From Octopus vulgaris (Eukaryota): a stretch of DNA of 64,000 nucleotides. The notes beneath the pieces were generated by a model that saw only the letters and a list, made by a program, of their open reading frames with translations, did no database searches and had not been told where the DNA came from. Positions within the stretch are counted from its first letter, which is position 1, and each line of letters opens with the position of its first letter. The position numbers and the translations under genes were made by a program. Location of the stretch: contig OX597818.1 of the NCBI GenBank assembly GCA_951406725.2, positions 51,770,001 to 51,834,000 on the forward strand. Reading direction: 5' to 3'. Below are positions 1 to 12,128 of the stretch, piece after piece.

Positions 1-2763
1 ACCCAAGCCAAATAGCAAACCTAAATAGTCAACCCAAATAGCCAACCCAAATAGCCAACCTAAATAGCCAACCCAACTAGCCAACTAAAATAGCCAACCC
101 AAATACCCAAGCCAAATACACAACTGAAAAAGCAAACCCAAATAGCCAACACAAATAGCCAACCCAAATAGCCAAGCCAAATACACAACTCAAAAAGCAA
201 ACCCAAATAGCCAACCCAAATAGCGAAGCCAAATAGCCAACTCAAATAGTAAAACCAAATAGCCAACCAAAATAGCCAACCCAAATAGACTAGCGAAATA
301 GCTAAGCCAAATAGCCAACCCAAATAGCCAACCAAAACAGCCAACTCAAATAGCCTAGCCAAATAGCCAAGCCAAATAGCCACGCCAAATAGTCAACCCA
401 AATATCCAACACAAATAGCCAAGCCAAATAGCCAAGCCAAATAGCCAAGCCAAATAGCCAACACAAATAGCAAACACAAATAGCCAACACAAATAGCCAC
501 CCCAAAAACCCAACCCAAATAGCCTCGCCAAATAGCGAAGCCAAATAGCCAACGCGAATAGCAAACCCAAATAGCCAACCCAAATACCCTAGCCAAATAG
601 CCAACCCAAATTGCCAAACAAAATTGCCAAGCCAAAGAGCCAACAAAAATAGTCAACGCAAATAGCCAGCAAAAAAGCCAAGCCAAATAGCCAACCTAAA
701 TAGCCAACCCAAATAGCCAACCCAAATAGCCAACCTAAATAGCCAACCCAACTAGCCAACTAAAATAGCCAACCCAAATACCCAAGCCAAATACACAACT
801 GAAAAAGCAAACCCAAATAGCCAACACAAATAGCGACGCTAAATAGCCAACTCAAAAAGCAAAACCAAATAGCCAACCCAAATAGCCAGCCCAAATAGAC
901 TAGCCAAATAGCTAAGCCAAATAGCCAACCCAAATAGGAAACACATATAGCCAACCAAAATAGCCAACCCAAATAGCAAAGCCAAATAGCCAACTCAAAT
1001 AGCAAACCAAAATAGCTAACCCATATAGCCAACCCTAATAGAAAACGAAAATAGCCCACTCAAAAACCCAACCGAAATAGTCAACCCAAAAAGCATAGCC
1101 AAATAGCCAAATACCCTAGCCAGCCCAAATAACAATCCAAAATAGCCAACTCAAATAGCTAACCCAAATAGCCAAGCCAAATTGCCTAGCCAAATAGCCA
1201 AGCCAAATAGCCAAGCCAAATAGCCAACCCAAATAGCAATCACAAATAGACAAACGAAACAACCAAGCCAGATAGCCAACCCAAATAGCAAACCCAAATA
1301 GCCAACCCAAGTAGCCAACCTAAATAGCTAAGCCAAATAGACAACCCAAATAGGCAAGCCAAATAGCCTAGAAAAAAATCCAACCCAAATAGCCAAGAAA
1401 AATAGCCAAACAAATAGTCAACCCTAATAGCCAACCCACAAAGCTAACCAAAATAGCCAACCGAAATGTCAACCCAAATAACACATCCAAATAGCCAACC
1501 CAAATAGCTTAGCCGAATAGCAAACCCAAATAGCCAACAAAAATAGCCAAGCCATATAGCCAACCCGAATAGCCAAACATAATAGCCAACCTAATATGCC
1601 AAGCCAACCGAAAGCTAACCAAAATAGCCAACCGAAATGTCAACCCAAATAACACACCCAAATAGCTTAGCCGAATAGCCAACCCAAATAGCCAACAAAA
1701 ATAGCCAAGCAATATAGCCAAGCAATATAGCCAACCCGAATAGCCAACCCTAATAGCCAACCTAATATGCCAAGCCAAATTGCCAACCGAAATAGTTAAC
1801 CCAAATAGCCTAGCCAAATAGCAAACCAAAATAGCAAACCCAAATAGACAAGCAAAATAGCCAACTCAAATAGCCAAGCCAAATAGCCAAACCAAATAGC
1901 CTACTCAAATAGCCAACACAAATAGCCAACCCAAATAGCCAAGCCCATTAGCCAACCCAAATAGCGAAGCCAAATAACCTAGCCAACCCAAATAGCCAAC
2001 AAAAATAGCCAAGCCATATAGCCAACCCGAATAGCCAACCCTAATAGCCAACCAAATATGCCAAGCCAAATAGCCAACCGAAATAGTCAACCCAAATAGC
2101 CTAGCCAAATAGACAAGCCAAATAGCAAACCCAATTAGCCAAGCCAAATAGCCAACCCAAATAGCCTAGCCCATTAGCCAACCCAAATAGCAAAGCCAAA
2201 TAACCTAGCTAACCCAAATAGCCAAGCCAAATAACCTAGCCAAGCCAAATAGCCAACCCAAATAGCAAACCCAAATAGCCAACCCAAGTAGCCAACCCAA
2301 AGGGCCAAGCCAAATAGACAACCCAAATGGGCAAGCCAATTAGCCTAGCAAAAAAATCCAACCAAAATAGCCAAGAAAAATAGTCAAACAAATAGTCAAC
2401 CCTAATAGCCAACCCACAAAGCTAACCAAAATAGCCAACCGAGATAACCTACCGAAAATGTCAACCCAAATAACACATCCAAATAGCCAACCCAAATAGC
2501 TTAGCCGAATAGCCAATCCAAATAGCCAACAAAAATAGCCAAGCCAAATAGCAAACCGAAATATTCAACCCAAGTAGCCTAGCGAAATAGCCAAGCCAAA
2601 TAGCAAACCCAAATAGCCGAGCCAAATAGCCAACTCAAATAGCCAAGCCAAATAGCCAACCCAAATAGCATACTCAAATAGCCAACCCAAATAGCCAACC
2701 CAAATAGCCTAGCCCATTAGCCAACCCAAATAGCGAAGGCAAATAACCTAGCCAACCCAAATA
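1..2763. repeat. 13-bp tandem satellite/minisatellite, consensus CCCAAATAGCCAA, about 210 diverged units; runs off the left edge
   Basis: Continuous CC(C/G)AAATAGCCAA periodicity; the W/L/G-rich ORFs at 60-2147 are its translation artefacts. Confidence 0.97.
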
Positions 2764-3130
2764 GGGCAGCGGACTCGCGGTCATAGGATCGCGGTTTCGA
2801 TTCCCAGACTGGGCGTTGTGAGTGTTTATTGAGCGAAAACACCTAAAAAAAGCTCCACGAGGCTCCGGCAGAGGATGGTGGTGATTCCTGCTGTACTCTT
2901 TCACCACAACTTCCTCTCACTCTTACTTCCTGTTTCTGTTGTACCTGTATTTCAAGGGGCCGGCCTTGTCACTCTCTGTGTCACGCTGAATATCCCCGAG
3001 AATTACGTTAAGGGTGCACGTGTCTGTAGAGTGCTCAGCCACTTACACGTTAATTTCACGAGCAGGCTATTCCGTTGATTCGGATCAACTGGAACCCTCA
3101 TCGTCGTAACCGACGGAGTGCTTCCATTCC
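2764..3130 (+). mobile_element. tRNA-derived SINE family A (octopus OK-like), head slightly 5'-truncated
   Basis: Head GGGCAGCGGACTCGCGG...GGTTTCGATTCC (B box) and centre (GCTCCACGAGGCTCCGGCAG, CTCTTTCACCACAACTTCCTCTCACTCTT) are shared with the copies at 60841-61104 and 61140-61432; family name from memory. Confidence 0.75.
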
Positions 3131-3184
3131 ATACTAACCGTAACCATTAATAAATAAAACATATAGTAAAACTAACACAACGAT

Positions 3185-3257
3185 TGAAGAATCCGGGTAT
3201 CGATCCCGGTACCTCTCGCATGCAAAGTGAGCGCTCTACCATCTGAGCTAATTCCAC
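3185..3257 (-). pseudogene. tRNA-Ala(TGC) pseudogene
   Basis: Ala body with acceptor-stem (2:71) and anticodon-stem mismatches. Confidence 0.8.
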
Positions 3258-3558
3258 ATCCGCTGCTGCTCACCTTTTCTTAATAGTATATTAATAAACG
3301 TATCAATATTTATTCATAAACGCGTCATGTTGGCAGAATGGTTACCTCACCGGGTAAAATTGCGTCGCAGTATTTCGTCTGTCTTCATCTTCTGAGTTCA
3401 AATGCTACCGCCGTCATTCTTCAGGGGACGATAAATGAAGTACCAGTTGAGCATTAGGGTCCATGTAATCGACCAACCCCTCCCCCCGAAATTGCTGGCC
3501 TTGTATCAAAATTTGAAATGAAACAAAATATTAGAATTCACAAAATACTTCGGTAATG

Positions 3559-3631
3559 TGGAGAATCCGGGTATCGATCCCGGTACCTCTCGCATGCAAA
3601 GCGAGCGCTCTACCATCTGAGCTAATTCCCC
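3559..3631 (-). tRNA. tRNA-Ala(TGC)
   Basis: 73-nt cloverleaf GGGGAATTAGCTCAGATGGTAGAGCGCTCGCTTTGCATGCGAGAGGTACCGGGATCGATACCCGGATTCTCCA with G3:U70 and A73. Confidence 0.92.
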
Positions 3632-3849
3632 ATCTCCTGCTGCTTCTGCTTTTCTTATCTATTAATACTTTATTAAGAAAAGTGTTAATACTTTGTTAAT
3701 AAACGCGGGGAGCTGACGGAACCGTTAGCACTCCGGGCAAAATGCTTTGCGGTCAAGCTCGACTTTGCCTTTCACACTTCCAGGGTCAATAAAATATATG
3801 CTATTTGAGCTCTGGGGTCGGTGCTATCGACATAACCCGCCCTGTGGAG

Positions 3850-4402
3850 GGAGCCAGTCGATTATATCATCCCTAGTACGCAAGTGGTATTTATTTTATC
3901 GACCCTGAAAGGATGAAAGGCAAAGTCGACCTCGGCGGAATTTGAACTCAGAACGTAAAGACAGACGAAATAACTATTTCTTTATTACCCACAAGGGGCT
4001 AAACATAGAGGGGACAAACAAAGGCAGACATAGGTATTAAGTCGATTACATCGACCCCAGTGCGTAACTGGTACTTAATTTATCGACTCCGAAAGGATGA
4101 AAGGCAAAGTCGACCTCGGCGGAATTTGAACTCAGGACGTAAAGACAGACGAAATACCTATTTCTATTTCTTTATTACCCACAAGGGGTTAAACATAGAG
4201 GGGACAAACACAGACAGACATAGGTATTAAGTCGATTACATCGACCCCAGTGCGTAAATGGCACTTAATTTATCGACCCCGAAAGGATGACTGGCAAAGT
4301 CGACCTCGGCGGAATTTGAACTCAGAACCTGTGTCGGTGACAGACGAAATACCGCTAAGCATTTCGCCCGGCGTGCTAAAATTTCTGCCAGCTCTCCGCC
4401 TT
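3850..4402 (-). mobile_element. SINE family B (OR2-like), head-to-tail trimer
   Basis: Three iterations of GAAAGGATGAAAGGCAAAGTCGACCTCGGCGGAATTTGAACTCAG; one full head at the right end; homologous to 6381-6619. Confidence 0.85.
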
Positions 4403-4749
4403 GGAGTGTAACTTATATAATCGTCTCCCTGATGTTTCTCAATGAAGACACATAATGTTGCTAAAAAGACTCAGTTCGAACCGATCCAGTTGTCCCATGA
4501 CAATAGACGTTCCACTCTGGTCAAGCAAACTTTATTCTAATAAATCTAAGCCTAGCTTATCCTATTCAAATAAATCTAAGCCTAGCTTATTCTATTCAAA
4601 GCAAAAAACTTATCCTAGCAAGATATATTTGAGAGTTATTTAGCTTGTCGTCTGCCATATAACAGACGATTCATTGACCAATGAAAATGTATTCCTTAAA
4701 CAGTAACAGGTGTATGTTTGTGTGTAAAAGTATGTATGTAAAAGTATAT

Positions 4750-5166
4750 AGGCGCAGGAGTGGCTGTGTGGTAAGTAGCTTGCTAACCAGCCACATGGTT
4801 CCGGGTTCAGTCCCACTGCGTGGAATCTTGGGCAAGTGCCTTCTGCTATAGCCCCGGGCCGACCAATGCCTTGTGAGTGAATTTGGTAGACGGAAACTGA
4901 AAGAAGCCTGTCGTATATATGTATATATACATATGTATATGTATGTGTGTGTTTGTGTGTCTGTGTTTGTCCCCCTAGTATTGCTTGACAAACGATGCTG
5001 GTGTGTTTACGTCCCCGTCACTTAGCGGTTCGGCAAAAGAGACCGATAGAATAAGAACTGGGCTTACAAAGAATAAGTTCCGGGGTCGATTTGCCCGACT
5101 AAAGGCGGTGTTCCAGCATGGCCACAGTCAAATGACTGAAACAAGTAAAAGAGTAAAGAGTAAGAG
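4750..5166 (+). mobile_element. SINE family C (OR1-like): tRNA head, CORE-like segment, internal (TA/TG)n, AAGAGT tail
   Basis: GGCGCAGGAGTGGCTGTGTGGTAAG...GGTTCAGTCCC...CTTGGGCAAGTG...CAGCATGGCCACAGTCAAATGACTGAAACAAGTAAAAGAG; eight copies in the window. Confidence 0.88.
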
Positions 5167-5548
5167 TATGTGTATCTGCGTTTGTATTTGAATGTGTCTA
5201 TTTCTCTATCAGGAAAGCCTATAAGTCATGTGTCTGTTGTAGAGGGCTGACCTTGATCAAAACAACATTAGTGTTTATAGTATAGTATCAAGTTAATAAT
5301 CATGGTCTCAAATTTAGCACAAGGCCAGCAATTTTGATGGTGGGTTATGTCGATTGCACCGACCCCAGAGCTCAAATAGCATATATTTTATTGACCCCGG
5401 AAAGGTGAAAGGCAAAGTCGACCTCGGCCGCAAAGCATTTTGCCCGGAGTGCTAACGATTCCGTCAGCTCCCCGCGTTTATTAACAAAGTATTAACACTT
5501 TTCTTAATAAAGTATTAATAGATAAGAAAAGCAGAAGCAGCAGGAGAT

Positions 5549-5621
5549 GGGGAATTAGCTCAGATGGTAGAGCGCTCGCTTTGCATGCGAGAGGTACCGG
5601 GATCGATCCCCGGATTCTCCA
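5549..5621 (+). tRNA. tRNA-Ala(TGC)
   Basis: Intact cloverleaf, one T-loop substitution; inverted paralog of 3559-3631. Confidence 0.88.
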
Positions 5622-5900
5622 CATTATCCAAGCATTATGTTAATTCTAATATATTTATTTTAGTTATTATGTTTCAAATTTTGACACAAGGCCAGCAATT
5701 TCGGGGGGAGGGGTAGGTCGATTACATTGACCCTAGTGCTCAATTAGTTCTTCATTTATCGTCCCTTGAAGAATGAAAGGCTAAATCGACCTCGGTAGCA
5801 TTTGAACTCAGAAGATACAGACGAAATACGCGACGCACTTGTTAATAAACCATTGGCACATTTATTAATATAGTACTAAGAAAAGCCGCCAATTGCGGTT

Positions 5901-5974
5901 GGGGAATTAGCTCACATGGTAGAGCGCTCGCTTCGCATGCGAGAGGTACCGGTGATCGATACCCGGATTCTCCA
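5901..5974 (+). tRNA. tRNA-Ala(CGC), possibly a pseudogene
   Basis: CTCGC-TTCGCAT-GCGAG anticodon arm; G15C change and 1-nt insertion in the T stem. Confidence 0.55.
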
Positions 5975-6380
5975 AATTATCTAATAATATTAGCTCTACT
6001 ATATCTGTTTTAGTTATCCTGTTTCGAATTTTGGCCAACAGTTTTGGGGGAGAGGTAAGTCGATTGCGTGGACGCCAGTGCTCAACTGGTACTTCTTTTA
6101 TCGACCCTTGAATAAATCTAAGATTAGGTCATCACGTTTAAAACCAAAATCTTATGCTTCACCAATAAACCTACTTTTGTTTTCAATAATCTATTAATTG
6201 ATTTCATTTTTATTTACTTTGAAAATTCTGAGATTTAAAAACAAAATTTATATTCGGTGCTCCAGCATGACCGCATGAAACAAGTAAAAGATTAAAGAGT
6301 AAAAGTAAACGAATAACAAAACCGATGAGCACAATTCGGTGCATTAGCTCAGATGATAGCGCGCTCAGTTGGCATTCGAG

Positions 6381-6619
6381 AGGCGCCGAGCTGGCAGAAA
6401 CGTTAGCACGCCGGGTGAAATGCTCAGCGGTATTTCGTCTGCCTTTACGTTCTGAGTTCAAATTCTGCCGAGGTCGACTTTGCCTTTCATCCGTTCGGGG
6501 TCGATTAAATAAGTACCAGTTACGCACTGGGATCGATATAATCGACTTAATCCGTTTGTCTGTCCTTGTTTGTCCTCTCTGTGTTTAGCCCCTTGTGGGT
6601 AGTAAAGAAATAGGTATTT
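6381..6619 (+). mobile_element. SINE family B, full length, inserted in a degenerate tRNA-Ala
   Basis: GGCGCCGAGCTGGCAGAA...GAGTTCAAATTC...GCCTTTCATCCGTTCGGGGTCGAT...AAAGAAATAGGTATTT; preceded by a tRNA-Ala-like 5' half at 6338-6380. Confidence 0.88.
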
Positions 6620-7092
6620 GTTCCTAGACGTTGCAATAAAGCTGCTTATGTTAATAATTTCCAGTCTGTTGGATACTCCAATAAATGTACTTTTGTTTTT
6701 AATAGCATGTACTCCAACAAATGTACTTTAATTGTTAAATTCCAGATTTATAAAAAGACTTTACGATATAAATAGGAGAAAGACACGATCACAAACAGGG
6801 ATATTATCTTAAACGTTAGAGCGTACCCTTTGCCTGACAGAGATAGCGGGATCGATGCCCAGATTCTCCAATAAAGTAACTTTTGTTTCTAATATCATGT
6901 CTGTTGCTTTCATTTAGTTTTGAAATTCGGAGATTTTATTAACTTTGATATATATATATATCAGTCAGCGGGGAGTACTAACAGGTGAATTAGCTAAGAT
7001 GGATTCTCCAACCTCCAATAAAGCTATTTTTTGTTTTTAATATCGAAAAGAGCAAACAAAGAAAACTGTAAATAAAAACTCTAGTGTTTTAC

Positions 7093-7095
7093 ATA

Positions 7096-7165
<70 letters not shown>
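7093..7165. repeat. (TA)n microsatellite
   Basis: Direct observation. Confidence 0.95.
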
Positions 7166-7167
<2 letters not shown>

Positions 7168-7213
7168 TCAATAAATGGTGAGGTTGTGTTGACCGCACGT
7201 GGAGAAATGATAA

Positions 7214-7742
7214 GTAAGGAAAAATTTTTTAAAAATGCAGAATGCTCAAATGAAAGAAAATTTTAATAAAATGAGAAATTGATAAAATATATAAATATAT
7301 ATTTATTCAACCGGTTTTCGTCATTGTATGACTTGTCAAGAATATTTATGTTTTAAAAAGTTTTTTCTGTCCTGCCAACATGCTGAATTAAACCACACAA
7401 CACATGCTCTTAATCCCTTTGGATCTTAATACCTCAAGGTAATTTTTTCGTGAACATTCATAAAACTCAAGATACACAACGAACTCACAATGTATCGGAG
7501 AACTTATTTTTTAATTTTTGTACATTTTTATCATTATTCTTTTGCAAAAAACAATGCAATTTTCTTTTTTTCCCCTTTCTAATTTCTAAAAAAACTTTTT
7601 AAAACATAAATATTCTTGACAAGTCATACAATGACGAAAACCGGTTGAATAAATATATATTTATATATTTGATCAATTTCTCATTTTATTAAAATTTTCT
7701 TTCATTTGAGCATTCTGCATTTTAAAAAAAAATTTTCCTTAC
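7214..7742. mobile_element. Fold-back element with ~150-bp inverted arms (Penelope-like inverted pLTRs, or a MITE)
   Basis: 7214-7366 is the near-perfect reverse complement of 7588-7742; each arm holds a hammerhead-like motif. Confidence 0.75.
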
Positions 7743-7930
7743 ATATAGTAAAATCAAAACATGGAAAACAACAATGGGACGTACACACAGAATAACGCTC
7801 GATAAAGGTCGAAAAAAGAGAGGGTTTTTTTGACGTTTCGAGCATTTCTCTTCGTCAGAATGGAAAACAGAGAAGTCCAGAGAAAGAAAAATATCTCCAG
7901 CAACACGTGTCTGATTACATATATATGACA

Positions 7931-8085
7931 AGGCGCAGGAGTGTGGTAAGAAGCTTGCATCCCAACCACATGGCTCTGGGTTCAGTCCCACTGCGAAGCT
8001 CATTGGGCAGGTGTATTCCACTAAAGCCACGGCCGATCAAAGCCTGGTGAGTGGATTTGGTAGACGGAAAATAGAAGCCCGTCGT

Positions 8086-8136
<51 letters not shown>

Positions 8137-8400
8137 TATATGTATGTATCTATATATCTAAGTATGTATCTATGTGTGTGTGTCTTTGCGACTGTTTTGT
8201 CTCCTACCAACGCTTGACGTCTGGTGTTGGTGTGTTTATGTCCCCGTAACTTAGCGTTTCGGCAGAAAGGACCGAGAGAATAAATGCAAGACTTTGAAAA
8301 ATAATAAGCCGTAAGGAAAATTTGTTCGAGTGAAACCCTTCAAGGCGGTGCTCCAGTATGGCCGCGATCAAATGTCTGAAACGACTAACAGATAAAAGAT
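7931..8400 (+). mobile_element. SINE family C
   Basis: Same head, core and tail as 4750-5166, with internal (CA)n. Confidence 0.85.
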
Positions 8401-8586
8401 TATGTATTGTATAGAGTAACAACAGGGTTACTATGGTGACGAAATAAACACTTACATACTCCCTTTGCCGAACCTCTTGTTGAGTGAGACGTAAATAAAC
8501 CAACACCGGTCATTAAGTGGTGGTGGTGATGGTGGACAAACACACATACGCACACACAACACACATATATACATACGAACAAGTAC

Positions 8587-8739
8587 ATACACACACACAC
8601 ACACACACACTCTCACACTCTCACAAACACACTCTCTCTCACACACACTCTCTCACACACACACTCTCTCTCACACACACACTCTCTCTCACACACACTC
8701 TCTCTCACACACACTCTCTCTCACACACACTCACACACA
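8587..8739. repeat. Compound (CA)n/(CT)n microsatellite within a degenerate minus-strand family C SINE
   Basis: Direct observation. Confidence 0.85.
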
Positions 8740-9010
8740 GGTATGTATTCTATGCTCAGCCATTGCCGTCTCTCAACACTGAACGCGTCTACAGTATCGC
8801 CTCCATTATTCCCAATGTCAGCTGAAATATTCTGTATTTTGAAGTCTTTCAGCGTTTATGAATTTGCAGGGTTTAGATAAATGATCAATAGCAGAATATA
8901 TTCAGAAAAAAAAAACAAACGAAGTTTGAACTTGTGTGTTAAGTTGTTATTTGAAAAACTGAAGCATACAAGAAACGAAAAAAAAAAGTAGGAAACTTAA
9001 TGACGTTACT

Positions 9011-9083
9011 TGGAGAATCCGGGCATCGATCCCGGTACCTCTCGCATGCTAAGCGAGCGCTCTACCATCTGAGCTAATTCCCC
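9011..9083 (-). tRNA. tRNA-Ala(AGC)
   Basis: Intact cloverleaf, anticodon loop TTAGCAT; T-run terminator downstream. Confidence 0.95.
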
Positions 9084-9362
9084 GTATATGCTTTACATCT
9101 TGCCATTTAAATATTTAAATGCATACTGATTACTCTGCTGTTCGCTATGTTTTACCTATTTTTGACCATTACTTGTTTCATTTATCGAACTAGAGCCATG
9201 CTGGCGCAACAGTTAAAACAATTTAGTAGTTATCTTTTAATTCTGGTATTTATTTATTATTTTCTTTTGCCGAACCGCTGGGTTACGGGATCGTATAATA
9301 ATATCAAACTGAATATCATGCTGTGAAGGAGAACAAAATCAAACTCAAGGACCCATACACCC

Positions 9363-9413
<51 letters not shown>

Positions 9414-10313
9414 CACACACACAGACGCGCACGTGAACACACACACACACACACACACAGACGCGCACGTGAACACTCACGCACACGAATATATATACGA
9501 GGAGCTTCCTGACAATTTCCGTTTACCAATACACTGGTCGGCCCGAGGCTATAATATAAGACACCTAATTGCCAGTCTATGGGACTGAATCTGACACCAC
9601 ATGTTATAAAGCTTTTTAACCTTACAGTTACGCTGTACCTGTATGCATGTATAAAATACATGAGAATATATGTACGCATGTATAACAAATGATAGAGACA
9701 GAAAATGGAATACACGAGAAATTTCATTGCTCATAACGATCGTTTCGACACATCCCGCATCCATCTCTCACCGGTGAGATACTGTACAACTAGTTGTGGT
9801 GCATCCCTCGGTACAGAGGTGTCTCGCATCAGGTGATTTTACAAAGGGTTCCTCGTTAAAAGAACTCTATTTTGTTCGGTTTTAATAAAGCTGTTTTTAG
9901 TAACCATAAGCTTAAGCTGTTTGGCAAGAATGGCGAGGGACAGATTCCACTACGATGTTACAGACGATTGTCTACATGTATTTAGTAGTAAATCAAAGAC
10001 AGGGAGTACATAAGAAAAATAAGAAGAATAAAATATACTATAAGGTAAAAAATGATATGCCTGCAATGACTACCTACAAACGAACTCCGAGTTTGTATGA
10101 TTGTGTGTAGAATACATTGATCAATAAAATTCCAACTTAATCTGATATTCACGTCTTATTTGCAATCTTTACAATTTTACAACTTTACAGTATTGAAATA
10201 AATTAGCACATTTATGCGTTACCCAATCTCCAGGTTTTTGTAGTGATAGGTGTGTCCCACAATTGACAGTTGCGTCAAGTATGGAACACGACTCTCACTA
10301 CATAAGCCTGATG

Positions 10314-10353
<40 letters not shown>

Positions 10354-11159
10354 TGTATATTTTCTCGCCCTGTTTCTTTGTGTTTCTTTCTGTGGAAGAG
10401 CGTAGGCTCGAAACGTTAAAGACTTTTTCACTTCCCGAGCGTTAAACTAATACATTTGTTTGTTGACTACACCACCCGTCTTCGTCGTTTGTTTGTTTTT
10501 GTGAATTCTCCCTATATATATATATATATATTATATTAATATATTATACGACTAAACGCACGCACCCTATTAGTAAGATTGTTCTGTTTATCAAGTTCGC
10601 CTTGATATTAACTCTACGCGATATCTTTCTTTCTTTCTCTCCCATTCCCTTTTTCGTCTTTTTTCCTCACTTAACTTGTCTCTTCCTCTCTCTCTCCCCT
10701 CACTGTTCTTATGGTCTCCTCGCACCATTCCTCTTCTCTCTCTTCCTCTTGCTCCTCCTCCCCATTCCCGTCGTCCATCTGCGACGTACTTCCGTCGTAA
10801 CTGCTATCCCGTCCTTTTTCGCCTGCCTCTAAGGCCACTGGTCGACATCTTCCTCTCTCGTCGTCCACTATAATCCAGCGTTTGCAATATTTTTTCGTCT
10901 GGCGTTAACAGCCCTTCTTATCTTGTTCTCTTGTCCTGTCTCTCACTGTTATATATTTATTTATCCACTGTTTATATATATATTTTTTACTGTTTATATG
11001 TTTATACCGTCTTATTTTTATATACAAGATCTCAGAATAATGATCGCGGAAGGAATCACATATACGTCTCGCTTATATTTATACGTATATAGATGAAACT
11101 ATACGACTGAAGAAGGGATTTTTCGTTGTGCTTATATATGTTTTTTATACATGTATGAC

Positions 11160-11437
11160 GTATATATATTTATACATATATATATGTACATGTAGAGGTT
11201 ATACATATATGATATATATATTTATACATATATATATTTATATATATATGATATATATATTTATACATATATATATTTATACATATATGATATATATATT
11301 TATACATATATATATTTATACATATATGATATATATATTTATACATATATATATTTATACATATATGATATATATATATATACATATATATATATATTTA
11401 TACATATATGATATATGTGTATATATATATATATATA
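11160..11437. repeat. AT-rich 39-bp minisatellite derived from (TA)n
   Basis: Repeating ATATATATATTTATACATATATATATTTATACATATATG (13-aa periodic pseudo-ORF). Confidence 0.88.
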
Positions 11438-12128
11438 CAGACATGCAGGAAGTAAATAGACACCTTTAAGTTTTAAAATTTCTGATCTGAGCGTCTTAAT
11501 ATGGTTTCAGCGGTGTAAAATTTACAGTGTAATTATTCTTTTTTATTCCAGGTGCCATTATATTAAACATCTGCGAAGAGTAACCCTGCCACGCACAAAA
11601 AGTTCAGCAGAACTGTCAGATTTTCAAAGATGTTGTATTATTGGGCAATCTGAGGCTGGTCTTAGCCAGCGAAAAATTGCTGAAAATCTTCAAATTCCTC
11701 TTGCTCCTGTTAATAGAATTATAGTGCAATTTAAAAACCAAGGAAAAGAATTAACAGATTCTTGTTCCTGCCGACCTAGGCCCTCGAAAAGAAGCTTCGC
11801 TGTTTGAAGATTTGTGGAAAACGAACCCCGTTCGAAGGCTTCTGACGTTGCAAAACAGCTAGAAGTTAGTCCAAGAAGGTGTGTTACATATCTGCATAAG
11901 GCTGGTTATTATAGACGAGCAGCTAGAAGAAAACACCCACAAGAGACAATCACAAAGCTCATCAGTTCAATGCCAAAAAGAGATTCTGAATTAAAAACTG
12001 CAAAAGGAATGTCAACTAAATACTAAAGTATGTAGTCCTACCTATCGATTACAATTCAAATGTTCGCTTTGCGTATTAAATAAATGGTTTTGAAAATTAA
12101 AGGTGTCTATTTACTTCCTGCATGTCTG
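11438..12128 (+). mobile_element. Tc1/mariner transposon, internally deleted and non-autonomous
   Basis: TIR CAGACATGCAGGAAGTAAATAGACACCTTTAA at both ends; TA on the left, TG on the right; Tc1 transposase remnants inside. Confidence 0.93.
11586..12026 (+). pseudogene. Tc1-like transposase remnant (HTH domain fused to the C-terminus, DDE domain missing)
   Basis: ELSDFQRCCIIGQSEAGLSQRKIAENLQIP paired-like HTH, a frameshift, LHKAGYYRRAARRK, then ITKLISSMPKR...KGMSTKY* (typical Tc1 C-terminus). Confidence 0.88.

Noticed and set aside
60-2147. Hydrophobic W/L/G-rich ORFs resembling membrane proteins
   Set aside because: Open in several frames; translation of the 13-bp satellite
10602-10873. Acidic or Leu-rich ORFs
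   Set aside because: Low-complexity pyrimidine tract with no domain evidence
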